DNA of 64,000 nt from Diadema antillarum. Lineage: Eukaryota. The stretch lies in NCBI RefSeq assembly GCF_040938485.1, contig NW_027271646.1:434001-498000 (forward strand). Direction: 5' to 3'. The notes under the pieces are model-generated. The model saw nothing but the letters and a program-made list of their open reading frames with translations, had not been told where the DNA came from and did not search any database. The position numbers and the translations under genes are program-made. Below are positions 24,699 to 34,246 of this stretch, one piece after another (within the stretch, counting starts at the first letter, position 1; each line of letters opens with the position of its first letter).

Positions 24699-25789
24699 GG
24701 ATGCTGAGGTCCACGGAAGCCTTGCGAGTTTTGTCGATCGGGACAAGTCCGTGAATAGTGGCCAGGCTGTCCACAGGTATAGCAAGCGTTGCTATGTTGT
24801 GGTTGCCTACCACCTCTTCCTCTCCCTCTCCGACTGCCACCTTGGGAGGTCCATGGTTGCTGCAACCTACTCTCAAATTCCGCGAGCCTCCTCTGCTGGT
24901 CTTCCATCACCCTATGGAAGAGTGCCATATGCTGTTGCTGTGTGGAGGCCAGCTCTTGGATACTCCAGGTGAGTTGCTCTATCGTCTGTGCATCCTTCGA
25001 GGCCTCCTTCACATCTTGCCGGTATACCTGAGCCGTGGTCAGACGATCCTCTGATGCAATTACGTGCAGTTCCCATCTAAGTTCTCGGAATGTCATCTCC
25101 CTCGGCCTCATAGGAGCTAGACGAGCCTTGACCTTCTGGTCCCTTAAGCCGAACATGAATTGCGTAGTAAGCATAGCGTCCCGCACAGGCTTTTCAACCA
25201 TGGCCGCTTGGTCACCCTTATCTCGTGCGACCCTCAACCTTGCCTCCAGTGCGACGGCGTACTCGGATGGAGTTTCGCTGGCCTGCTGAGTTCGGGCGTA
25301 GAAGCTTGCCATGGGTGACGTCGTCCAGTCGCGGTCCCCATACTCGTCGAGAAGCTCTCTGAAAGCCAGCGCAGGCGTCATCTCCTCGTCACCACGGAGC
25401 TCCAAGTTCAGGATGAGGTCCCGCGCTCTTCCCCCTGTGTGCCTAACAATTTCATTGAACTGCATTTGTGGTGGCATTGAGCCCTTAGATTCTATGAAAT
25501 ACTTCATATCACGCACCCAATCCTCTACTTTTACTCCCCCCTTACCTGTGAAGACATTGACACCCTTGACTTGATGTGACACCACGAGCCTCGGCGTAAT
25601 GAACTGGTCTTGTCTCTGTGTCGGCTCAGGAACGGGGTCAAATCCTGCCATCTGAAGCGGGGTCACAGCTGGCCTTGGGTACTGCCACGTAGCTGAAGTC
25701 ATCGGGTCCGGCGTCGACGTCGCTCTCGGCATGCTGCGGGGATCGTCCGCTGGAGTTCTCACATCACTCGGTGGAATGGGAGAGGCCAT
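24689..25789 (-). CDS. gag: Gypsy Gag (366 aa) with capsid-like region and CCHC zinc knuckle, deleted unit
   Basis: Open ORF, CYTCGQPGHYSRTC knuckle, lies between PBS and pol; paralogue of 31092-32192. Confidence 0.92.
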   Translation of the reverse strand: MASPIPPSDVRTPADDPRSMPRATSTPDPMTSATWQYPRPAVTPLQMAGFDPVPEPTQRQDQFITPRLVVSHQVKGVNVFTGKGGVKVEDWVRDMKYFIESKGSMPPQMQFNEIVRHTGGRARDLILNLELRGDEEMTPALAFRELLDEYGDRDWTTSPMASFYARTQQASETPSEYAVALEARLRVARDKGDQAAMVEKPVRDAMLTTQFMFGLRDQKVKARLAPMRPREMTFRELRWELHVIASEDRLTTAQVYRQDVKEASKDAQTIEQLTWSIQELASTQQQHMALFHRVMEDQQRRLAEFESRLQQPWTSQGGSRRGRGRGGRQPQHSNACYTCGQPGHYSRTCPDRQNSQGFRGPQHPLN

Positions 25790-25894
25790 CTTGACGACTA
25801 ATTAGACAGTGTTGCGTTGCTATTTCTTTAAACCTTATCAACTTATTAATCAATTTAGAGTTTAAGTCTATGCGAGCTTCCTTCTTTTCAGTAA

Positions 25895-25912
25895 TTCCGG
25901 GTTTCGGCACCA
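25895..25912 (-). other. Primer-binding site, tRNA-Phe (17/18 match)
   Basis: Plus strand TTCCGGGTTTCGGCACCA versus the tRNA-Phe 3' end TCCCGGGTTTCGGCACCA (recalled); 6 nt from the LTR-B end. Confidence 0.85.
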
Positions 25913-25918
25913 AAATTA

Positions 25919-26989
25919 TGTGACCGGCTGGACACGTCCAGTCAGTGTTGACCTACAATAGCTCAGACTCAATTAGACAAAATCAATCACCTGGTTCTAT
26001 TTAATAAGGACTGGGAAAAGAAGGAATGCTCAAAATTATGTGACCGGCTGGACACGTCCAGTCAGTGTTGACCTACAATAGCTCAGACTCAATTAGACAA
26101 AATCAATCACCTGGTTCTGTTTAATAAGGACTGGGAAAAGAAGGAATGCTCAAAGATATTTTTTCTGTATTTCCGTTACAAAAAAAAAGGTGTCTTTATT
26201 ACTTCACTTTGTTGCAGTATTTCAAACTAAGCCAAAACTCAAATAACTCCAAAATTGTAACATTAGACTGAACACAAAGCAAACGAATTTAAAACAACGA
26301 AAAGCAACTTATAGCAAATTAAAAACAACTAATAACAAAACAACACTAAAAGCAAATTTAAAACAACGTAAAGGCAGCACTGAAATAAACTACCAAAAAG
26401 GCAACGCAAAAGCAACGAATAACAAAAGTTAAAAGCAAACTGAAACAACGGAAATCAACGGTTAAAGAATAACAAGAGGCAACGCAACACTGTCCGACGC
26501 AGAATACAGCAAGTCCGTGTCCCTTTCCCACAGAAGCTCTGACATTACAGCATGTGCAGTGCGCTGGGGTCCATCCACTTGACAGAAGTCTTGGTGTCTT
26601 CTTTGTACAAAGGATGAGGGACGGGACTATGCTACAGCCACAGGAGCAGGTTGATTAAAGTGACGTTGCCTGCTTGGACGCCTTCTCAAGAATGATCAAA
26701 GGAGGTGCCCCTTCTGAATAACTTTAGGACACGCTTTACCCCTCACAGGGAGATTCCACTTATGGGGGGGGTGTTTCCCATGATTATGTAAATTACCTCC
26801 TGACCTTACACCACCGTGTATGTACCTCTACTATACAACTAGAGTACTGTGATATATCATGCACCTACATGTGTGGATAGAGAATCAAATAGATAAACAT
26901 ACATATAAATACTACATAATATAATGAGTGAGTGTAATCATCACAGGAAAGGGGGGGGGGTGAGTGCTGATATTACTGTGACCCTCACA
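25919..26989 (-). repeat. LTR-B (shared middle LTR, mosaic, with 120-bp duplication)
   Basis: TGTGACC...CTCACA termini. The right part is nearly identical to LTR-A/C; the left part is divergent and shorter. Confidence 0.92.
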
Positions 26990-27002
26990 TTCGCCACCGT
27001 TT
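26990..27002 (-). other. Polypurine tract of the full-length unit
   Basis: Minus strand AAACGGTGGCGAA abutting LTR-B. Confidence 0.7.
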
Positions 27003-27048
27003 AAAACCATTGTTGTCCTCAACAATGTAGATAAGAAAACAACAACAT

Positions 27049-30000
27049 TTAAATTGAATTTAGTCGAGGTCGTATTTGTTGCACCCTGAGGGAAGAGGTT
27101 GGGCCTCCATATCTTTGGGGAGATCGTCGTGTTCTCGATGAGCGCCGCTGACGATTTGCATCGACTTCACTGCGCTTCTTCCCTGGAGGATGACTCGAAC
27201 TTGGGTCCACATGAGCAATACTGACATCCTCTTCACTCGATACATCTGTACTGTCTTCATCAGCATCGTCTTCACTTTCACTGCTACCCGGCAAAAATGT
27301 GCACGCAGTCAGCATATTCCTGTGAAGAGTCCGCTCTCTGCCTGTACTGTCCTCTCTGACAGTGTAGACATCCTGGTCTGGCAGCCTGCGTATCACGGTG
27401 TACGGGGACTCACCCCATTTGTCAGCCAGCTTTTGACGACCTATCAGTGCCTTATGTGCTACGAGTACCTTATCTCCATGTTCAAAGGGAGCATCCTGGG
27501 CTTTCTTGTCATATGTGCCTTTCTGCTTGGCTCGAGCACTTTCGGCATTTTCCTGGGCGTTTTGATAAGCCTCTTGGAGAGTGTGGCGAAGCTCGTCGAC
27601 ATAGTTCAGAATGGGTTTGTCGTCATCTTCCGGAGGTGTGCCGATGAGGTCAAGGGGGATACGTGGCTCTCTTCCAAACATCAAAAAGAATGGGGAAAAC
27701 CCTGTTGATGCGTGTTTGGTGCAATTATATGCGTGGGTGAGAGACTCAACGTGCTCCTTCCAGTTCGGCTTCTGCGATGGCTCCAGTGTTCCTAGCATAT
27801 TAAGGAGTGTACCATTGAAACGTTCGGTCATTCCATTCCCCTGTGGGTGATACGGCGTTGTCCTGCTCTTTTGTATGTGAAGTAGTTCACATAACTCGCG
27901 TACTAGAGCTGCCTCAAAACACCTGCCTTGATCACTATGGATGCGTTCAGGTATGCCATAGTGAACTATGTACCTGCTCCACAAAGTCCTAGCCACTGTT
28001 TGAGCAGACTGGTCTCTAGTAGGAAAAGCTTGGGCGTGGCGAGTAAAGTGATCCGTGACCACCAGAACATTCTCTATGCCTCCCCGTGATGTCTCCAAAC
28101 TAAGGAAATCGATACATACCAGTTCAAGTGGCCTGCTTGACTTAATGGGTTGAAGTGGAGCCTTGGACTTTGCTTCTGTCGTCTTCCGGACAGTGCATCT
28201 TCGACACCTCTGGATGTACTGCTGGACGATCGTCTTCATGCCAGGTAAGTAGAATCTGTCTTGCATGAGTGCCAAAGTCTTGTCAAGTCCAAGATGACCC
28301 ATTTCAACATGTGCCCTACGGAGAGCCAGCTTCCTCAGACCTTTAGGCAGAACGAGTAGTCTACGATCTCCTCTACTATACCACAGTACGCCATCCTCGC
28401 ACACATGCAGTCTATCCCACTGTCGAAGCAGCAAGCGAGCAACGATTGCTTCCTTTCGCAACTGACGTGAGGCTGGTCTCTGTCCGGCTTGAAGGAGCTC
28501 GACGACTCGGCTGATAATGACGTCCTCTCTCTGCAGCTGTGCAAGCTCTTCCACATCTACGCCTGCTAACAATGTAGATGAGCCATCATCTTGTTGCTCT
28601 GCAGGTGTGACATTAACGTTGTGACTGGCTGCCGCCTGATGCAAGGGTGAGTCATCCTTCGTTTGCTCTTTTGTGGTACCCAGGGACATGTCTAGAGTGT
28701 GCTGTACTTCTGAGGAGGGGATTCGAGACAAGCTATCCTCGTTCTCGTTGGATTTCCCAGACCTGTATTCAATGTGCAAATCACATTGCGCCAAGTCACT
28801 CACCCATCGCTGCCCATGTGCATCGAGTTTCGCCTTCCCCAGAATGTAAGTTAACGGATTGTTGTCCGTTACCGCTGTGACTTTCCTGCCATAGACATAG
28901 TCGCGAAATTTCACTGTTGCTGCCCAGTGGAGGGCCTTGAACTCGAGCTTATGTGCTGGATATCTAACCTCCCCTGGTGAAAGACTTCGACTGGCGTAGG
29001 CCACTACCCTCTCCTTACCATCTTGTATTTGAGCAAGCACGGCTCCCAGTCCATCGAGAGAGGCGTCTGTCTGTAGGATGAAGGGGGACTCGAAATCGGG
29101 GTAAGCGAGAACGGGGGCAGAAATCATCAGTCTCTTCAAGGACTCGAATGCAGCCTGGCAGTCGCTGGTCCAGACATCTGTAACTGGAGCTCGCTTCCCA
29201 GTTCCATTTTTGCCTCCAACCAGGGAGAACAGCGGTCTGGCGATCTTCGCATAGTCCTTGATAAACCTGCGATAGTACCCTGTAAAGCCAAGAAAACTTC
29301 GTACCTCCCTCTTGTTCTTGGGTACCGGCCAGTCTCGGACAGACTCAATTTTCTCAGGGTCGGTTGCCACTCCATGCTCAGACACCACGTGACCAAGATA
29401 CTTCACTTCTTTCCTGAGGATGTGGCACTTACTGGGTTTGAGCTTTAACCCATGCTCTCTCAGGCGTGAGAAGACACGTTCCAGCCTGCTTAGATGTTCT
29501 TGTAACGTCGAACTGAATATGATGACGTCATCTAGATAGATAAGTACCTCACTCAGATTCATGTCTCCGAACACCGTGCTCATCAGGCGCTGAAAAGTGG
29601 CCGGTGCATTCATCAGGCCGAACGGCATCCTCGTGTACTCAAACAAGCCCATCGGTGTGGTAAACGCCGTCTTCCGCTGGTCCTGTTCGGCCACCTGCAC
29701 CTGTAAGTAACCCGCCATCAAGTCAAGACTGGTGAAGAACTTGGCCTTGCTGAGAGCATCTAGTGATTCATCAATTCTTGGAAGAGGGAAAGCGTCACGG
29801 ATGGTGCGAGTATTAAGCTTTCTGTAATCGACACATAGACGAATCTTCCCATCCTTCTTCCGCACAATGACAATAGGGGACGCAAATGGGCTCTTACTTG
29901 GCTTGATGATGCCAGCAGACTGGAGCTCGCTCAGGTGGTCCTTTACCTCTTTGAAGTCCGATGGTGCAATTCGTCTGTATGGCATTCGGAATGGTGTCGG

Positions 30001-31101
30001 GTCTATGAGGGGGATGTCGTGTACGATAGTGTTGGTACAGCCGAAGTCTTCTGGCCCCTGGGAGAAGACATCTGCGTTCTTTCGTAGCAGTCCTTGTAGT
30101 GCATCCAATTCAGAAGGAGTTAACTCTCCCGTGGGTAAGTCCAGCTCCGGGGGCAGCGAACTAACATCTTGATGCAAAACATTTGTAGCAGTGTGCGGGG
30201 AAGTTAACTCCTTGCTTTTGTTATTGGAAGCCTCTGTCGTCCACGGTGAGTCTTGCACTAGACTGCCAACTTCCAACCTCGCAATTGGCTGGTTCCTACG
30301 CAGGGTCACTGGTTGTGTCGACCTGTTAGTGACAACCAATTTTAGGTCACCATCTGCAACAGGAGTGAAGGCTGATTCAACGCTTATTCTCCCTAACTTG
30401 TTGCATTCACCAACCATGGCCATAAACAAGCGATTATGGGTGTGCCTCGGAGCTCTTGCAGAGACTTGGACGTATTCACCGGGGTTGACGAGAAATGGCT
30501 TCCTGCTCTTGAGTCTTGCGACTCCGACATCTCCCGACCGGTCAGCGAGATCCAAACCATCGCAGTTTAGTGCCTGGAATGCATTAAAGCAAGCGGACGA
30601 CACAGGCTTTACTTTTTCCATGAAGTTACGTCCGTACTTTGAGTGTAGGCGATCCCGAGAAGCACGCAAAGCATTAGTCCCAAGCAGACACGATATGTGG
30701 CCTCCCTTTCCGATCGCAGGGACTACCAAAGCTGGGACCGACTTCACCTCTATCCCCATAATTTCAATATCCAGCGAAATAAAACCTCTATGAGGGACTT
30801 CCTGCCCGTTCGCGCCCTCTATCCTAATCTCAGTCGGCTTAATGTCCTGCTTGCTGAGGTAGGGATGTCGAGCCACATAATCGGAGGTGATGGTCGTAAC
30901 TTGTGACCCCGTATCCAAAATCGCCTCGCACTCCTGGCCATGAACGATAATCGTCGTGTGGTTGACTGGGCCCACGAGCTCCTCACCAGTTTCATTTCCT
31001 CTTTTCACCTGTGTCTCGTAGTTGGTTCTCTTCCTACCAGGGCTGCACTGGTTAAATGAACCCACAGATTGCCCCTCATCTGCAGGTTGGGCTAGTTTAA
31101 A
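27049..31101 (-). CDS. pol: Gypsy Pol polyprotein (PR, RT, RNase H, integrase), uninterrupted, expressed by -1 frameshift from gag
   Basis: ILDTGS (PR), LCVDYRKLN and YLDD (RT), TDAS (RNase H), HHCC and DDE (IN) in one open frame. Confidence 0.96.
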   Translation of the reverse strand, partial: FKLAQPADEGQSVGSFNQCSPGRKRTNYETQVKRGNETGEELVGPVNHTTIIVHGQECEAILDTGSQVTTITSDYVARHPYLSKQDIKPTEIRIEGANGQEVPHRGFISLDIEIMGIEVKSVPALVVPAIGKGGHISCLLGTNALRASRDRLHSKYGRNFMEKVKPVSSACFNAFQALNCDGLDLADRSGDVGVARLKSRKPFLVNPGEYVQVSARAPRHTHNRLFMAMVGECNKLGRISVESAFTPVADGDLKLVVTNRSTQPVTLRRNQPIARLEVGSLVQDSPWTTEASNNKSKELTSPHTATNVLHQDVSSLPPELDLPTGELTPSELDALQGLLRKNADVFSQGPEDFGCTNTIVHDIPLIDPTPFRMPYRRIAPSDFKEVKDHLSELQSAGIIKPSKSPFASPIVIVRKKDGKIRLCVDYRKLNTRTIRDAFPLPRIDESLDALSKAKFFTSLDLMAGYLQVQVAEQDQRKTAFTTPMGLFEYTRMPFGLMNAPATFQRLMSTVFGDMNLSEVLIYLDDVIIFSSTLQEHLSRLERVFSRLREHGLKLKPSKCHILRKEVKYLGHVVSEHGVATDPEKIESVRDWPVPKNKREVRSFLGFTGYYRRFIKDYAKIARPLFSLVGGKNGTGKRAPVTDVWTSDCQAAFESLKRLMISAPVLAYPDFESPFILQTDASLDGLGAVLAQIQDGKERVVAYASRSLSPGEVRYPAHKLEFKALHWAATVKFRDYVYGRKVTAVTDNNPLTYILGKAKLDAHGQRWVSDLAQCDLHIEYRSGKSNENEDSLSRIPSSEVQHTLDMSLGTTKEQTKDDSPLHQAAASHNVNVTPAEQQDDGSSTLLAGVDVEELAQLQREDVIISRVVELLQAGQRPASRQLRKEAIVARLLLRQWDRLHVCEDGVLWYSRGDRRLLVLPKGLRKLALRRAHVEMGHLGLDKTLALMQDRFYLPGMKTIVQQYIQRCRRCTVRKTTEAKSKAPLQPIKSSRPLELVCIDFLSLETSRGGIENVLVVTDHFTRHAQAFPTRDQSAQTVARTLWSRYIVHYGIPERIHSDQGRCFEAALVRELCELLHIQKSRTTPYHPQGNGMTERFNGTLLNMLGTLEPSQKPNWKEHVESLTHAYNCTKHASTGFSPFFLMFGREPRIPLDLIGTPPEDDDKPILNYVDELRHTLQEAYQNAQENAESARAKQKGTYDKKAQDAPFEHGDKVLVAHKALIGRQKLADKWGESPYTVIRRLPDQDVYTVREDSTGRERTLHRNMLTACTFLPGSSESEDDADEDSTDVSSEEDVSIAHVDPSSSHPPGKKRSEVDANRQRRSSRTRRSPQRYGGPTSSLRVQQIRPRLNSI
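31039..31101 (-). other. -1 ribosomal frameshift signal (UUUAAAC plus predicted pseudoknot), full-length unit
   Basis: T TTA AAC TAG, 6-nt spacer, 11-bp stem AACCTGCAGAT/ATCTGTGGGTT, loop GAGGGGCA complementary to downstream GCCCT. Confidence 0.82.
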
Positions 31102-32192
31102 GGCTGCTGCTGCTGCGGTCCACGGGAACCCTGCGAGTTCTGTCGATTTGGACATGACCGTGCAAAGTGTCCCGGCTGTCCACATGTGTAGCACGCATCG
31201 CTCCGCCGTGGTTGCCTGCCACCTCTTCCTTCCCAACTGCCGCCTTGAGGGGTCCATGGTTGCTGCATCCGGCTCTCAAATTCAGCCAGCCTCCTCCGCT
31301 GGTCCTCCATAGCCTTATGGAACAGGTCCATCTGCTGTTGCTGAGTAGAGGCCAGTTCCTGCATACTCCTCGTCAGCTGCTCTATTATCTGCGTCTCCCT
31401 CGACGCCTCCTTCACATCCTGCCTATACACTTGGGCAGATGCTAGACGCTCCTCAGACTCTATTACATGCAGTTCCCGTCGCAGCTCTCGAAATGTCATC
31501 TCTCTCGGCCTCATCGGGGCTAGACGAGCCTTGACCTTCTGGTCCCTCAAGCCGAACATGAATTGGGTCGTAAGCATGGCGTCCCGCACAGGCTTTTCAA
31601 TCATGGCCGCTTGATCACCCTTATCTCGTGCGATCCTCAGCTTTGCCTCCAGTGCGACGGCGTACTCGGATGGAGTTTCGCTGGCCTGCTGAGTTCGGGC
31701 ATAGAAGCTTGCCATGGGTGACGTCGTCCACTCGCGGTCCCCATACTCGTCGAGAAGCTCTCGAAAAGCCAGCGCAGGCGTCATCTCCTCGTCACCACGG
31801 AGCTCCAAATTCAGGATGAGGTCCCTCGCTCTTCCCCCTGTATGCCTAACAATTTCATTGAACTGCATTTGTGGTGGCATTGGGCCCTTAGATTCTATGA
31901 AATACTTCATATCACGCACCCAATCTTCTACTTTTACTCCCCCCTTACCTGTAAAGACATTGACACCCTTGACTTGATATGACACCACGAGCCTCGGCGT
32001 AATGAACTGGTCCTGTCTCTGTGTCGGCTCAGGAACGGGGTCAAATCCTGCCATCTGGAGCGGGGTTACAGCTGGCCTTGGATACTGCCACGTAGCTGAA
32101 GTCATCTGGTCCGGCGTCGACGTCGCTCTCGGCATGCTGCGGGGATCGTCCGCTGGAGTTCTCACATCACTCGGTGGAATGGGAGAGGCCAT
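31092..32192 (-). CDS. gag: Gypsy Gag (366 aa) with CCHC zinc knuckle, full-length unit
   Basis: CYTCGQPGHFARSC knuckle; overlaps pol in the -1 frame. Confidence 0.93.
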   Translation of the reverse strand: MASPIPPSDVRTPADDPRSMPRATSTPDQMTSATWQYPRPAVTPLQMAGFDPVPEPTQRQDQFITPRLVVSYQVKGVNVFTGKGGVKVEDWVRDMKYFIESKGPMPPQMQFNEIVRHTGGRARDLILNLELRGDEEMTPALAFRELLDEYGDREWTTSPMASFYARTQQASETPSEYAVALEAKLRIARDKGDQAAMIEKPVRDAMLTTQFMFGLRDQKVKARLAPMRPREMTFRELRRELHVIESEERLASAQVYRQDVKEASRETQIIEQLTRSMQELASTQQQQMDLFHKAMEDQRRRLAEFESRMQQPWTPQGGSWEGRGGRQPRRSDACYTCGQPGHFARSCPNRQNSQGSRGPQQQQPLN

Positions 32193-32297
32193 CTTGACGA
32201 CTAATTAGACAGTGTTGCGTTGCTATTTCTTTAAACCTTATCAATTTATTAATTAATTTAGAGTTTAAGTCTATGCGAGCTTCCTTCTTTTCAGTAA

Positions 32298-32315
32298 TCC
32301 CGGGTTTCGGCACCA
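32298..32315 (-). other. Primer-binding site, tRNA-Phe (18/18 match)
   Basis: Plus strand TCCCGGGTTTCGGCACCA equals the recalled tRNA-Phe 3' end including CCA. Confidence 0.88.
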
Positions 32316-32321
32316 AAATTA

Positions 32322-33401
32322 TGTGACCGGCTGGACACGTCCAGTCAGTGTTGACCTACAATAACTCGGACTCAATTAGACAAAATCAATCACCTGGTTC
32401 TATTTAATAAGGACTGGGAAAAGAAGGAATGCTCAAAGATATTTTTTCTATGTTTCCGTTACAAAAAAAAGGGTGTCTTTATTACTCCACTTTGTTGCAG
32501 TGTCTCGAAATAAACACAATCCAAACAACTCCGGAATTATAACATTAGACTGAACACAAAGCAAACGAGTTTAAACCAACGGTGAGCAACTTATAACAAA
32601 TTCAAAACAACTAATAACAAAACGTAAACAAACTTAAAGCAACAAAATAAACCCAAAACTACGCGAACGCAACTACAAAAGAAAGCAACACCGAAAACAA
32701 CGTAGTAACAAAAGTTAAAAGCAAGCTTAAACAACAAACTTAAAACAACCTTAACAACGACTCTCAAAAGCAAACGCAACACTTAAAGCAACTTTGACAA
32801 CGAATCTAAAGCAAACGGTTAAAAGTGACTATAACAAAGCAACATTTAAAAATAGCAAGATGCAACGCAACAAGCAACGAATAACAACGCAACACTGTCC
32901 GACGCAGAATACAGCAAATCCGTGTCCCTTTCCCACAGAAGCTCTGACATTACAGCATGTGCAGTGCGCTGGGGTCCATCCACTTGACAGAAGTCTTGGT
33001 GTCTTCTTTGTACAAAGGATGAGGGACGGGACTATGCTACAGCCACAGGAGCAGGTTGATTAAAGTGACGTTGCCTGCTTGGACGCCTTCTCAAGAATGA
33101 TCAAAGGAGGTGCCCCTTCTGAATAACTTTAGGACACGCTTTCTACCCCTCACAGGGAGATTCCACTTATGGGGGGGGGGGTGTTTCCCATGATTATGTA
33201 AATTACCTCCTGACCTTACACCACCGTGTATGTACCTCTACTATACAACTAGAGTACTGTGATATATCATGCACCTACATGTGTGGATAGAGAATCAAAT
33301 AGATAAACATACATATAAATACTACATAATATATTGAGAGAGTGTAATCATCACAGGAAAGGGGGGGGGGGGTGAGTGCTGATATTACTGTGACCCTCAC
33401 A
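32322..33401 (-). repeat. LTR-C (5' LTR of the composite, 1080 bp)
   Basis: TGTGA...TCACA inverted termini, adjacent to the PBS, flanked on the right by (TA)n. Confidence 0.95.
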
Positions 33402-33471
33402 TATATATATATATATATATATATATACTATAGTAATATAGTAATATAGTAATATAGTAATATAGTAATAT
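33402..33471. repeat. (TA)n followed by (TAGTAATA)n, flanking LTR-C
   Basis: Direct reading of the sequence. Confidence 0.9.
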
Positions 33472-33859
33472 TATTGGACATTTCCCCAAAATACTATCAT
33501 TCAGAGCGACTTCCTTGGGTTTCTAATAAATGCTAATGCAATAAGTAATAAAAATGGAGAAAAAAATACACAAACACAGCAAACTAAATATGATAAAATT
33601 TCTAAAGCTCCATTTTCCATTCTGATTAAATGCTTCAGGCACGACCAAACAATCATCTTTAACATTGATTAAAGTTAATAATCTTTAATATAGGGCCTAC
33701 GTCATCAATCAACATCTTCAACAAGCATGGTGAGGAGGAAACTCAAGGTGGTATAGTTTCTGTCATTTTTCCGCCTCTTGAAAACACGAAACAACAAACC
33801 AAAATGAAATCCGTAAACTTTATTGTTCTATACCTCCAACACATATTTTATATAGGCGC

Positions 33860-34246
33860 TTAAGGGATGGCATAGTATTGGTGGAGATGTGAGCTTTTCA
33901 CTTTTTGCGAGATACTAAGAAACCACTTTTGAAATGTTAGAGTATACAATTCCAGAGGAATTCAAAGTTCATTTAATGAAAATCTGTTTGGAAATGGCTG
34001 AGATATCCAAAAGCAAAGTAAAACAAAGTGATCTTAATAAAAGGTAGGTCCCATCTTTTATTCAGAGCGCTTTGTTTGGATATCTTGGCCATTTCAAAAC
34101 CAATTTTCATCAAATAAACGTTGGTTTCCTCTTGAAATTACATGATCTTTCATATTTCATTAGAGGTATCTCCTTATCTCATTAAAAAAAAAAGCAGACA
34201 CCTGAAGCAATGATCAGTCTTAAACAAAACTATATTATCCCTGTAA
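33860..34246. mobile_element. Degenerate Kolobok-like MITE
   Basis: TTAAGGGATGGCATAGTATTG versus CAAAACTATATTATCCCTGTAA, plus an internal palindrome GAAATGGCTGAGATATCCAAA...TTTGGATATCTTGGCCATTTC. Confidence 0.5.

Larger units (their letters stand above)
18669..33401 (-). mobile_element. Three-LTR Ty3/Gypsy composite: LTR-C, gag-pol, LTR-B, gag-deleted pol, LTR-A
   Basis: Three homologous LTRs, two tRNA-Phe PBS, two PPTs, two gag genes; domain order PR-RT-RH-IN is the Gypsy order. Confidence 0.93.

Noticed and set aside
24694-24876. ATG-initiated N-termini given by the ORF track for pol (24785, 31257)
   Set aside because: These upstream in-frame segments overlap gag. The slippery site indicates pol begins by -1 frameshift at 24692-24698 and 31095-31101.
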